From positions 15,895,210 through 15,959,209 of the forward strand of contig NC_081360.1 of NCBI RefSeq assembly GCF_030684315.1: a stretch of DNA of 64,000 bases. The letters run 5' to 3'. Below the pieces are notes generated by a model. The model was given only the letters and a program-made list of their open reading frames with translations, was not told the DNA's origin and ran no database searches. This document shows, piece by piece, positions 24,735-37,195 of this stretch. The DNA comes from Stegostoma tigrinum. Taxonomy: Eukaryota. A program made the translations under genes and the position numbers. Each line of letters begins with the position of its first letter. The first letter of the stretch is position 1.

Positions 24735-25890
24735 GTTTTTTTTTCTATTCATTTGTGGGATGTAGGCGTCACTGGCTGGCCAGCATTTCTTTCCCATCCC
24801 TATTTCCCCTTGAGATGGTGGTGGTGAGCTGCCTTCTTGAACTACTGCAGTCCATGTGCTGTAGATTGACCCACAATGCCATTAGGGAGGGAATTCCAGG
24901 ATTTTGACCCAGCGACAGTAAAGGAATGGTGATATATTTACAAGTCAGGATGGTGAGTGGCCTGGAGGAGAACTTGGATATGATGGCGTTCCCATGTATC
25001 TGCTGCCCTTGTCCTTCTAAATGGATGTGGTCGTGGTTTTAGAAGGTGCTGTCCAAGGATCTTAGGTGAATTTCTGTCGTGCGTCTTGTAGCACACACTG
25101 CTGCTACTGAGCGTGATGGTGGAGGGAATGGATGCTTATGGATGTAGTGCCAGTTTAGAGATCTGCTTTGCTTGGATGGTGTCAAGCTTCTTGAGTGTTG
25201 TTGGGGCTGCACTCATCCAAGCAAGTGGCGAGTATTCCTTCACAAACCTGATTTGTGCCTTGTAGATGGTGGACAGACTTTGAGGAGTCAGGATGTGAGT
25301 TACTCTGCACAGTATTCCTAACTTGCAGCCTGATCTTGTAGCCATTGAACTTCAGTGGGTGGTGGTTAGATTGTCTCTTATTGGTGATGGTCATAGCCTG
25401 GCATTTCTGTGGCACGAATGCCACTTGCCACTTGTCAACCCAAGCCTGGATATTGTCTAGATCTCGTTGCATTTGAACACAGACTGTTTCAGTATCTGAG
25501 GAATCACAAATGGTGCTGAACACTGTGTAATCATCAGCTAACATCCCCACGTCTGACCTTGTGATGGATGGAGGGTCATTGATGGATCAGCTGAAGATGG
25601 TTGAGACTAGGACACTATCATGAGGAACTCCCGCAGAGATGTCCTGGAACTGAGATGATTGACCTCCAACAACCACAACCATCTTCCTATGTGTCAGGTA
25701 CGACTCTAACCATCGGAGAGGTTGCCCCTGATACCCACTGATTCCGGTTTTGCCAGGGCTCCTTGATGCCACACTTGGTCGAATGCAGCCTTGATATTAA
25801 GGGATGTCACTCTCGCCTCACCTCTGGAATTCAGCTCTTTTGTCCATGTTTGAACCAAGGCTGTAGCAAGGTCAGAAGCTGAATGGTCAG
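24735..25890 (-). mobile_element. CR1/L2-group LINE (family 2), 5'-truncated with 3' tail
   Basis: LRWLESYLTHRKMVVVVGGQSS..GVPHDSVL, MLADDYTVF..QRDLDNIQAWVDKWQV; T-run at the left end is the poly(A). Confidence 0.9.
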
Positions 25891-27235
25891 GTGTGCCATC
25901 TCATCCGGCACATACTTGGGTAGAGATGGAGCAAGGAGTGGATGACAACTCACCTCATATTAAAATCTTTCTATCTCCTTCCTCAGCTCCTGCAGACCCA
26001 TAAGATTCCATCCCACGTTGTGAATAGTAATTATTGCTTTTATTTGCATGGTTATCATGACATGGCCCTTGCTACCAAGATAAATTTTCTGCCAACTGCT
26101 GTAGACTCCTGTTCAGGTATTCATTGTTTGGAGAGAGTAATGGTTCAAACCCTACGTAGCAAAATGTCATGCAGCCTCTTCAGTGAATTTTAGCAGGGAA
26201 TTTAAATAACAATAACACTTCCTGACTGTCTGGTGGCTATTTCTGATGGTCTTCTAATAGCTAAGCCCAGTCACATATACTACAAAGAGTGGGTTCTGGT
26301 TGAGTCTGATATCTTGAAGTTTATTTACACACAAACCATTTACAATGCCGCAATACCAGAGACATATGTACACAATCTTGTTTCTGTGCTTAATGTCACT
26401 GAATATCACAGATACATGAACAACTGGCTCCATTACACAGACAGTACGACTGAGGGTAAGGCAGGTACCTTTGTACTTGAATGTCCCATCTTATGATGTT
26501 ATGTGATTATCTTAAAGGTACAGACTGGTCCAGTCTGGAATCTATGCTCCAATATAACAATCCTTAGCATATGCTTCCCTTAACAAAATAGCACTCTTCA
26601 TTAAAGGATAGGCTAAATTAATCCTGCAGCTCTGACAGCTTGTTGTGGCTATCTCAGAGGCACTTGAGTAGTCAAATATGTCAGGAAAACCAGCCCTGAA
26701 CAACTCAATATTCTTTATATCACATATTTAATAAGAACAATAGTTTCTTTAATGTTTGAGGCATCTCCCAGCAATGAAGATCATTCAACTTCAATCACTT
26801 TCAACCTCCTGGTCATCAGTGGTAGCTACAGCTAGATGGTTTCAAAGTTGAACATACTGTACTGTAGTTTGTGTACCTCTATATTTCTGATAAAATAAAA
26901 CAGATGGAATCCGAGATACTTGTATAACTTTACACAACCTGAAGGAAGATTTTTGGAAAGTCTAACATCAACTATAAGGGTGTACTTCCTCTCACTAATC
27001 ATTGAATGAATGGATGTATGAAAGATGGGTGTATTCATTGTCAACTTTCCATTCAGAACAATAAGCAAATCACTCATATTGACAATTGTGAAAATCAAAT
27101 GGATAAGATTTACTTATGCTTCTGAATTTGCAAAGCGTAAATATATCTAGGATCTCAAAGTTGGTGGTTCAGAGTATTAGAAAAATGTCTGTAGTGTTGC
27201 TGATAATAATCCTGTCCTTCTTAATTTCCATGCAG

Positions 27236-27322
27236 ATACCTTTAGCAATGCATCAATCTCTGGATTGGTCAAACATTAATATTTCATTAGAATCTATAAT
27301 AGCAGAACAAGAGAGAAATGAA
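27236..27322 (+). CDS. Putative exon (87 nt, phase 0-0): IPLAMHQSLDWSNINISLESIIAEQERNE
   Basis: cctgtccttcttaatttccatgcAG acceptor, GAA|GTAAGT donor, open frame. Confidence 0.65.
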
Positions 27323-28448
27323 GTAAGTCTCCGTCTGTGTTCTCAGATTTCCAAGTAATTAGAGTGCAGCCTAAAACTGGGGATTACTTCTTATGAAGAC
27401 AATCAAAGACGGAGTGATGTGTGGGGAGGAGTCAGTCATCCATGAGATTTAAATATTGAGGGGTCGGGACAAGTGTCCAGTTACTTGCAAGGAAACAGGG
27501 CAATGGATAATGTGTGTACCCAGGTATAATGTAGTTTTTTTTTCTCACTTGTGGTGAAGATTAAATTTATTCAAGAAGAGACCTTGTGATGGAATGGGTA
27601 GGTTCCCTGCCTCTGAGCCAGACTCCTTGTGGCCAAACAGAGTTAAATATTGACACAAAAATCCATGCAATACACATGGGCATTAGGAGCAGGAGAGATT
27701 CCTGGTCAGCTTCGTGGTTTTAAGAAATTGGACTCTCTACTGTGAACTCTTCATAGTTTCAGACTACAACATGCTGGTTAAAGTAGATGTTGTCACAGTG
27801 GCTATGATTCCTTGGTGCTGATTGGCACAATTGGCTGGTCAGTGACAGTCAGATTGCTGCCAACAGCATGGGATTCAAACGCCATTCTGTGTGGGGTGGA
27901 TATGGGACCTGCCTCCTTGCCCCAACTATGGTCGAGGTTGTGATGCTGTGGGTTGAATCTGCCAATGGGCGGAGAGAACTCACGAAAAAAATGAATGAAT
28001 TCAAGATGCCTCCATCTGCTGCCCCAGGTCATTAAGCAACTTTGGCATTGCCAACTGTAGTTGGATTGAAAAACTGGGGCATCCAATCAAACCAGGACAC
28101 AGGCAGGCAGAATTTGGACTGTTGTTATTGTTTGACAATCGATTCGGTGGTATATAACAAAATACTCTGAGTTAAATAACTCTAAATTGCAAGTTTAATG
28201 GTGGTTTTATATACATATATATGCCATAAATGAAGATATTGAGCAGTAAGTATTTATTAAGCAGTAGATATACATCTAAACCAGTAGATAAATATATGTA
28301 CGGATATATAGCAGTAAATATATATAAAAAGCAGTGGATGTGTAATAACAATCTATAATCTACTTTAGAAACATAGGCAAACTAATGAGTGGATTTGTTA
28401 GCTTAAATTACTTTAGACCTGTTCAACACGTCTGACATGCCCATTGGG

Positions 28449-28669
28449 GATAACAAGGTGTAGAGCTGGATGAACACAGCAGGCCAAGCAGAATCAGAGG
28501 AGCAGGAAGGCTGACGTTTCAGGACTAGACCCTTCGGAAATTTCTGAAGAAGGGTCTAGTCCCGAAACGTTAGCCTTCCTGCTCCTCTGATGCTGCTTGG
28601 CCTGCTGTGTTCATCTAGCTCTACACCATGTTATCTCAGATTCTCCAGCATCTGCAGCTCCTGCTATCT
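28449..28669. mobile_element. About 220-bp fold-back Penelope pLTR element with two inverted hammerhead cores, 15-bp TSD
   Basis: Arms reverse-complementary around apex GAAATTTC; TSD catgcccat(t/c)gggga at 28436-28450 and 28670-28684; right core CTGAAGA-AGGGTCTAGTCCC-GAAAC-GTT. Confidence 0.88.
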
Positions 28670-28730
28670 CATGCCCATCGGGGAGCTAGTTTTATGGCAG
28701 CTGGTCCTGGAGAACTCGGGTTACCTGGTA

Positions 28731-28758
28731 CCTTCAGAAATTTCTGAAGGGTCTAGCT
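28731..28758. repeat. 28-bp micro-insertion containing the perfect palindrome CCTTCAGAAATTTCTGAAGG, flanked by 18-bp direct repeats
   Basis: aactcgggttacctggta (28713-28730) and aacttgggttatctggta (28759-28776); insert matches the apex of the fold-back elements. Confidence 0.75.
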
Positions 28759-29218
28759 AACTTGGGTTATCTGGTAACAGCCACGATTTCAGTCCAAGAC
28801 AGAGTCCCATGAGTGCTGCAGAGTCCCTGACATTAGTACTATTCGGTGTGTTCTGAGTACATTCCCACACAATTCATTGTGCAGAAAGCCATCTTCCAGG
28901 TGACCATGTCACGCGGTTCCCAGACAGTTGAAATGACTGTCTTACACCAAACCAGTAATTTTCCACTCGTCTTCAATTGCTTGTTTGTCATGTCCAATTC
29001 AGCGGTAACAATTAACCCTTGTTTGATGATATTTTTAATTCTACCACTATAAATGTGAACAGCATATGTCTTTTTGAACTGACACAGGGGGACGTACATA
29101 TTTTTTATAAGGAACGTTGTTTGCAGCCAGAACACTCACAATGATCATTGGCTACGTATCTGTAAGTGGGGTCCAGATTTCAGGACTCCCTACAGCACAT
29201 GTAATAGCTCTTAAACAG

Positions 29219-29440
29219 GGGCAGCATCTGACTGCACACACCCTGGAGAGACACCTGGAGGGAGAGATGTCGCTGCCATTGCTCCTAAGTGGGCACCGCT
29301 CTGTTCCAGAGGCCCCGGATGTGAGGAGAGACAACGCCTTCTCGCCATCTGGTGGCCGGAGGACCTCCAATCAGCAACACCGGGAAGAAATCGCTCGGTG
29401 TATGAGCAGCAAGGAACCTGCCAGCTCCAGGTGTGTCCCT
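29219..29440 (+). CDS. Weak candidate exon (222 nt, phase 0-0): GQHLTAHTLERHLEGEMS...KEPASSRCVP
   Basis: ctcttaaacAG and CCT|GTAAAT sites (both weak), 74 open codons, locally GC/CpG-rich. Confidence 0.3.
29342..29357 (-). promoter_or_regulatory. CTCF-like motif GGCCACCAGATGGCGA
   Basis: Close match to the vertebrate CTCF core CCASYAGRKGGCR; motif match only. Confidence 0.45.
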
Positions 29441-29529
29441 GTAAATACTGGAGCTGAGAGTGTGTCTTGCAGGCCCCCATGCAGCCCTTTATAAACTGAA
29501 CCTTTAGCAATGAGCTCATCAGTTTTCTT

Positions 29530-29751
29530 GGATAGCAGGAACTGCAGATAAGGGAGAATCTGAGATAACAAGGTGCAGAGCTGGATGAACACAACAGGCC
29601 AAGCAGCATCACAGGAGCAGGAAACTGACGTTTTGGGTCTGGACCCTTCTTCAGAAATTTCCGAAGAAGGGTCTAGTCCCGAAACGTCAGCCATCCTGTT
29701 CTCCTGATGCTGCTTGGCCTGCTGTGTTCATCCAGCTCTACACCTTGTTAT
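29530..29751. mobile_element. Second fold-back Penelope pLTR element of about 220 bp (opposite orientation), perfect 15-bp TSD ctcatcagttttctt
   Basis: TSD at 29515-29529 and 29752-29766; apex ttcttcagaaatttccgaagaa; arms reverse-complementary. Confidence 0.88.
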
Positions 29752-30560
29752 CTCATCAGTTTTCTTTGCACTTTTATTGCTCTGATCAGTTGAACTGCTA
29801 CTTTCGATGATGTGAGAATCTGCATCCTCCACCTGTCCTTATTTGCTCGTTCAGTCAGACTCAAATGGTCAAATTTTACCAAACCCTCCCAGAAAGTGGG
29901 CACTGAGTTGGGAGCAAGCATCTGGTTAAATACTGGGAAGCCATATTAAGGCCACTCCCCATTATTTTCCTGCCACCATGATCCAAACAGGAGAACCTGA
30001 GCATCAATCGTGGCTTCAGCCAGTCAGTAATCTCTCCGGAGGGTTTCCCATGGCATCTACATCCTGGTCCCTGAAACTTTTTCCTTTGCAAACACATATT
30101 TAAGGACCCCTCTATTTAACCACTGTCCTGCAGTGGTCCTCGCTTGTATCAGTGGAGCTGCTTAGGTTTCTGAGCTGCTGATCCTCTAATTGGACCGCAA
30201 GTGCCAGGAAGCCATGCCCCTTCCTTAATTGGTGGCATGTCCACAAATGGCAGTTACAAGATCTTCTGCAATAAAATCACTAAAACCAGTCTTGCTGCCA
30301 ACATATGCGTTTTTCACCAGGAGAGCAGTCTATTGTTTGGATAGCTGTGACAATGCTTGGCTGAGTTTCAAGTGCTAATAGGTTTCAGCACTGCAAATGT
30401 TGCATTTATCTGAGAATGAAAGACAATTTCAAGAAGTCATATTAACAGATTGTGCCTTTGAAGTTGTTGGTATATCGACACACGCTATTAGACTGGTAAG
30501 TTTTATAAGGATGTTTTTCTTGTGACAGACTCTTTATTCTCTCAGCATTGTCATGAAAAC

Positions 30561-31956
30561 TTTTTTTATTCAAAAATAATACTTTATTCATAGAATATAC
30601 AAAAAAATAAACCTATCTATACACTAACCCCGTCACACTAGCTGCTCCGGGTTACCCTGGGGGTACGTACACCAACTAAAGGAAAAAGCAAAACAAAACA
30701 AAGAAAAACCCCAGCGATCGTCTCCCCGCACAGTCCCCGTTGGCTCCCTGACCAGCTAGGGAAGGCGCCAGCTGGGCCCAGTTACCGAGTGGGGCCCCTG
30801 TTACATCGCGGCCGAGGGGTATCATACGGTGGTCTTTCCCCACCGCGCCTTGGCGGCGGCTGCCCAAAGCTTTAGCGTGTCCGTCAGCACATAGTCCTGG
30901 ACTTTGGAGTGTACCAGTTTGCAACACTCGGTCGGGGTCAGTTCTTTCAGCTGGAAGACCAGCAAGTTGCAGGCAGACCCCAAAGAGCACCTTTCACCGC
31001 ATTGATGGTCCTCCAGGCGCAGTTGATGTTGGTCTTGGCGTGCGTCCCAGGAAACAGCCCGTAGAGCACGGAGTCCCGTGTCACGGAGCTGCTCAGGACA
31101 AACCTCGACAAATACCACTGCATCCCCCTCCAGACCTCCTGCGCACAGGCACACTCCAGAAGGAGGTGATCGACAGTCTCGTCCCCCCCACAGTCGCCTC
31201 GAGGGCAGCGTGTGGTGGTGCAGAGATTCCGGGCATGCACAAAGGATCTCACTGGCAGAGCCCCTCTCACCGCCAGCCAAGCAATGTCCTTGTGCTTGTT
31301 TGAAAGTTCTGGCGATGAGGCATTCTGCCAAACGACTTTGGCAGTCTGCGTGGGGAACCACACGATGGGATCCACCCTCTCCTTTTCCCCCTGATGGCCT
31401 TGTGGTCAAAGGTGTTTCCTTTCAAAAATTTCTCCACAAATGACAGGTGGTAGGGGACGGTCCAACTACTCGGAGCGTTCTGTAGCAACGAGGCCAGGCC
31501 CATCCTTCGCAACATCGGGGACTGGTAGAACCTCAGTAAGTAGTGACACTTGGTGTTTGCGTACTGAGGATCTACGCACAGCTTGATGCAGCCGCACACA
31601 AAGGTAGCCATCAGGGTGAGGGTGGCGTTTGGTACATCCTTTCCCCCGTTTTCCAGGTCTTTGTACATGGTGTCCCTGCGGACCCGGTCCATCCTCGACC
31701 CCCAAATGAAGTGGAAGATGGCCCAGGTGACCGCGGCGGCGCAGGTCCGGGGAATAGGCCAGGCCAGCGCCACACACAACAGTACTGAAAGCCCCTCACA
31801 CCTGACAACCAGGTTCTTACCCACGATGGAGAGGGACCGGAGCGTCCACCTGCCCAGCTTCTGCCTCAGTTTGGCGATACACTCCTCCCAAGTCTTAGGG
31901 CACGTCCCAGCTCCACCGAACCAAACACCCAGCACCTTCAGGTAGTCTGTCCTGAC
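30561..31956 (-). mobile_element. Tx1-clade (L1 group) non-LTR retrotransposon, 5'-truncated, 16-bp TSD gcattgtcatgaaaac
   Basis: LKVLGVWFG..LSIVGKNLVVR..GGKDVPN; C-terminal CCHC CPRGDCGGDETVDHLLLEC; AATAAA and poly(A) at the left end; TSD at 30545-30560 and 31957-31972. Confidence 0.92.
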
Positions 31957-32194
31957 GCATTGTCATGAAAACATGTATTTTAACAAAAAAAAATTTTAAA
32001 TATATTTCTGAAATTTTCTAAAAGACAACAATTTTAAAAATCAGATCAATGCACATTCTAGTGATTGTTACTGGCAAAAGATGGCTACATACTTTGCATT
32101 ACCATACCTTCCATATCGAGATGTGGAACTATTGAGATAGAAACTACTTGTCTGCAAAAGTTCACTAAAGACAATGACCAGATTGAGTGACAGG

Positions 32195-32720
32195 AAACTA
32201 ATGACAGGTGCTTTTGCAAATGGAGATGGTTTCCAATGATGTTTGACAGTGCTCAGTGTCGAGTCCCTTACAGATGACACAAAAATATTGGCCATGTGGT
32301 GGATAGCGAAGAGGACAGCTGTCGCTTACAGGGAGTAATCAAAGGTTTGGTTGACTGGGTGGAAAAGTACAAATGGAACTGAGCCCAGGGAAGGCTGTGC
32401 ATTTGTTGGTGATAAAACAAGGCAAGGGAATGCCTAATAAACAAGAGGGCATTGACAGGAGTAGAGGAAGTGACATACTTTGTAGTGTATGCTCACAGGT
32501 CCATGAAGGTGGCAGGACAGAAGTTTAGGTGGTAAAGCCAGCCTCTGGGATGCTTTTCTTCACGTGGACATAGAAGTAATGCTGAAACTACACAACACAT
32601 TAGGCCAGAACTGGATTGTGTGTAAATTTCTAGTCAACATGTTTCATAAAGGGCTTAATTGCTCTTGAGAGACTATGTAGGAGACTTAGAAGAATGTTGC
32701 CAGGGCTTCAGAGTTGCCTT
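32195..32720 (+). mobile_element. Decayed CR1 RT fragment
   Basis: TDDTKI..VVDSEEDSCRLQG..LVDWVEK remnant. Confidence 0.7.
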
Positions 32721-33079
32721 TTCTTCATAATCCTTATTTCCTCTAACAATGAGAAATCTGTCTATCTTGGCCTTGAATGTGCTTAACAACCCAGCCTTGG
32801 CAGCCCTCTGCGGTAAAAACATTCCACAGATTCACTACCTTATGAGAGGAGAAATTCCCAGTCTTAAATTTGTGATTATGCGTCCGGCCCGAGATACTCC
32901 ATGAAGCCGTGCTGACTCCGCATTATCATATTATGCATTTCTAAATAGGAGTGTGCCTTTGTGAACTCGCTGCTAACTTTTATCTATGACCCTATAGGTA
33001 GTTCAGAAGTCATTAAAGTTTGGCATCCAGCTTAGGGAGAGGTCACTGCTGCAGCCCCCCTCAAGATACATAGGGTGCA

Positions 33080-34010
33080 CAGAAGGACCAGAATTTTTCA
33101 GACCTGACTCTACATCCTGAGGATAAGTGAGGTGCATTGTCAAAGCAGTGACAGACATGTGACAGATGCCAGAGTGGGATGTGAAGACTGCACAAATGGG
33201 AGGCACTCTTCTTCCAGTGGATGTCAAGGTCACTGTCACACAGATTTCCTATGCGATTGACTCCTTCCAAGGAGCAGCGGGGTGTCTCAGTTGTGCGTCC
33301 ACAAATGCAACTGGTCAGTGACAAACGTCACTTGCAACACTACCACTGGTTCATTTCACTGACGAGGTCAAAATCACAGCTCAGGCTCTTGGACTTGGGA
33401 ATGTAGCTGGGTTCCTCACAGATGAAGGGCACCATCAGCTGTACACCCGTGGCACTGAGAGGGCTGTATCCCAAACACTGTGGCGTTTATCAACAGGAAG
33501 AGGTTCAATTTGATTAATGTCTAGGCAATCTGTGATCACCATTATCACTGGCTAGAGTTTGTGGCCCCTGCTCTGGAGCTCACATCATCGAGTTGCCCAA
33601 TCAATCTGCAAGAACCACTTGTACATTTTGGAACGCACTCATGTACTGGAGCATGTAAGGGTCCAGGTGCCTTACAAGTCTGGCGCTGGGGAAAAAGTGA
33701 AATAACACCACAGAGGTTGGTATCCCGTCACCAAGTCATCTTTCACTTACATGTGGCAAGTTCTTGACACTGACCCAGCTCCTTCAGAGCCAGCTCTCAG
33801 AGTGAACAGAACCTCTGATATTCCTGTTTATATCTGTCAGCCGAGGCTCCCTGACTGGACCAGATTAACAGCCCCAATCGGGGAACTCATTTTCAGTGAG
33901 ATCTTTCTGGCTGACTTCATTACAATCATTACAAAAAGGATCACCCATTGCTACCATAGTTCACGACAATGTTGCGCAGTCCCCCAATCAGTGTGCAGAA
34001 GCAATGCTGA
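33080..34010 (+). mobile_element. Decayed PIF/Harbinger (HARBI1-type) DDE transposase, split by a solo LTR
   Basis: LPVDVKVTVTQISYAIDSFQGAAG, NVAGFL..GTISCTPVALRG, AFINRKRFNLINV*AICDH, and a GxKGSP remnant of the GDKGYP motif across the LTR. Confidence 0.75.
33698..33933 (-). mobile_element. Solo Gypsy LTR, 236 bp, 5-bp TSD AAAAG
   Basis: TG...CA termini; AAAAG at 33693-33697 and 33934-33938; reverse complement homologous to the LTR at 59888 (gattgggg, tgacttggtga.gg..tacca.cctctgt). Confidence 0.85.
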
Positions 34011-35135
34011 CCGATACCGTGACCTGGACCTTCTCCAGAGCTGAAGGTCACTGGACTCGAAATGTTAAGTCTACTTTCTGTCCACAGATACTGCCAGACC
34101 TGCTGAGTCTCTCCACTATTTCTGTTTGTGTAAGAATCAGTCCTCTGGGTATACATCAGAGCATGGTAGACTCGACATATACAGTCCCATCTTGGCCAGC
34201 AACACACAGGCACTGCATCTGCAAGGACTTGGGGTTATGTTCTGTTCAAGGAAAAGCTTTTGTGATGGTTATTTGTGCAAAATTTGTGTGTGTCTGTGTG
34301 TGTGTAAACTGTACTAGTCTTCCTTTTGCGAGTCTCATGCTAGTGTGGCATTGTGCCTAATGACAGGTGTCAGTGTTTCCTAAACATCTAATTTAAAGTG
34401 TTGTCTACATAAAGTAAACAAACACCTTCCAAAAGTTTCATACTGAAGGTGATGTTTCATTTTTTTTCACCTTCTTCATTACCGTTGTGAAATTCCACAG
34501 AAGAAATAGTAAGATTCAGTGAGACGCATTCAAAATCAAAATTGCACATACTGTTAACAAATAGATTAATTCATTCTCTGTTGAGGCTCCCTCTGTTGAG
34601 ACATATATGTATGGTAGCCTTAAGTGGATGTAATGCACAGTGCAATTCTCAATATACTGCACTTGCCTCGGCAGGCAATGTTAATACAGTTAACGTCAAG
34701 CGTCAACTCAAAAATTCCCCAGAATCCTCTCTGTTTGCTTCGGATTTTCAGCATCCACAATAATTAGCTTTTTATTTGAATGCCTAAGGTGAAGCACAAA
34801 TTTTATTTTCTGAGTTGGAAGGCCCCCAATTAAATGTCCATTCTACAGTGTCTATCAATTAGAGAACCCCCCCTCACATTGGATTTCTTGAGAAGAATAA
34901 CAGAATGAATAAAAGGTTCTATTTGCATTATTGACACTTATTGTCCATTAAATAGCACATCTCCTGACTGTTGCGGGTTTAGTCTTTGCCTTTACTTCCC
35001 ATTCCACAAGGCATAAATAATATTGGAATCTTACTGGCTTGCTGATCTTACTGATCTTGTTTGTTTGATTGTAAGGGGCAGTAGGAATGCAACATGTGCT
35101 CAAAAAAAATCCCATTTTTCTATTCAATCACACAG

Positions 35136-35264
35136 AAAAGACAAAGAAGACATCACAGCATGGATTTTTCACAGAGCAGAACTCCATCCATGCTACTGTT
35201 AGTTCCAGAAGTCAATGAACCACAGCAGCCTTCAAAACCCGTCAAACCTGGCGTGGGTTATCAG
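35136..35264 (+). CDS. Putative exon (129 nt, phase 0-0): KRQRRHHSMDFSQSRTPSMLLLVPEVNEPQQPSKPVKPGVGYQ
   Basis: cccatttttctattcaatcacacAG acceptor, CAG|GTGATT donor, open frame. Confidence 0.7.
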
Positions 35265-37195
35265 GTGATTAGAGAATTGTTCCAAAGCAGGATCAGCTGT
35301 GAAGAGTGACTACCAGAGAACGGTCAATGAGCCATAAAAGCTTAAAGTTGAAGCAATGACAATCATCCTCACAATATACCTTGTGTGCGGTCTTTTCTTT
35401 TCAATTTAGCTACCTTTTGTATTGAGAGGATGCACATGTTTGGTTTGGAATAAGCACAATGGCAAGAAATGATCTTGGATCGGAAGGTTTAGAATCCATG
35501 TGGGTGGGGGTTAACCTAACAAGGAGAAGACAACACAAGTGGGAGTAGTTTAGAGGTCCCACAACAGTAGTTGTTGTCTAGGAAAGAAAATAAAATTAGG
35601 AGCTAATGAGGGCATGAAAAAAACAGCAGAATATTAATCATAAGTTACTTTAATTTTCATGTAGATTGGTAAAATTAAATTGATACAGTTGACACAGTTA
35701 GCCACATGCCTAAAAAATTTCCAAGAGATATGTAAAGCATAATTTCCCTTCCACAATCACATGCTGACTTTGTCGAATCCCTTCAACACTTTAAAAAGTT
35801 CTGTTATTACATCATTTATAATAGACACCAACATTTTCTTTACGATGGATGTTAAGCTAACTGGTCTGCTAAAACTCTGTTTTCTCTCCCTCCTTTTTAA
35901 AATAGTTGGGTTACAGTTGTCACCCTCCAATCAGTGTGAACTGATCTGTAGGCTATAAAATTTGAGAAGATGACTACGAATGCATCCAATTATTTCCAAT
36001 ATGACATCCTTTCATATGGTGGGATGTCGATCAGAAACTGAGGATTTGTTATCTTTTAAGCCCCTTAATTTCTGTAGCACCACCTTTTTTAAGATTAATA
36101 CTGATTTTCTTCAACTTTTTGGACCCTTGGCTGTCTAACATTCCTGGGAAATTATTTGTTTCCTCTTGTGAAGATAGAACCAAAGTTGGAGTTGAACTCT
36201 TCTGTCATCTCTGTCCCCTGATAATTTCTCCCTTTTCTTACTGAAAGGGACCTAAACTTGTCTTCATTAATCCTTTACTCTTCACCTATGCATGGAAGCT
36301 TCTACAGTGAGTTTTAATGTTCCCAGCATGTGGACTGTCATAATTTATTTGCCCTCTCTTGGTCCTTTTTTTTTATCTTCTATTGTAGAATGCTAAATCA
36401 CTCCCAATCTCAGGCTTGCTGATGTTACTATCAATTTTACATGTCTCCTATTTCAACCTAATACTCTCCCTAATTTATTTTGTAAGACATGACTGAGCCA
36501 CCTTTCCTGTTTTATTTTGGTGCCAAATCAGAGGGAATAATTCTAGTAATTTATGCATACTTTCCTTCAATATTAACCATAGGCTGTCAACCGTTTTGTA
36601 AGGTTGCCTAATCCATCACTGTCAACACATACATCATATCCTCGTAGTTGCTTTTATTTAGATTCAGAAGCCTCATTTCAAATTCTGTCTTCAACTGTCC
36701 AACTAAATGAACAGTTCTATTGGTTTGTGTTTGCTCCTCCCAAACTGACAATGCACAACAACATTGTTAGTCAATGCCTTCTCAATTCACAAAACACTGT
36801 CCAGGAACACCTAATCTCAAGTTGATTTCTCAATGTGTCTAAAAAGATCACATATACACCCTGGGAAATCCTCCTTAAAGTATGGCTTTTCCAATCCATA
36901 TTTAGATCAATCTTACTCATGATCAGAGTTCTGCACTTATTGCACGTGTCTAACAATGCTATCAGCATTAATCAATATGTTTGGTTATGATAGAGCTGTA
37001 ATTAAGGAGATATAGCTACAAGGATGGAAACTGAACACTAGGAGTAGTCAAGATTTGAAAGGGCAAAGTGTTCAAGATGGTGGCTCACTACTGCCGGCTT
37101 GAGGGCAATCAGGGATGAGAAATGAATGCTCTGTGGTGGTCACATCTAATTAATGATTAAGTAAACAAACCGTCTCTTTTTATTTTTCCATACAG

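Noticed and set aside
26412-26455. 44-nt AG...GTAAGG mini-exon candidate
   Set aside because: Weak pyrimidine tract, in-frame TGA, length not divisible by 3, and it overlaps the possible antisense VWD fossil
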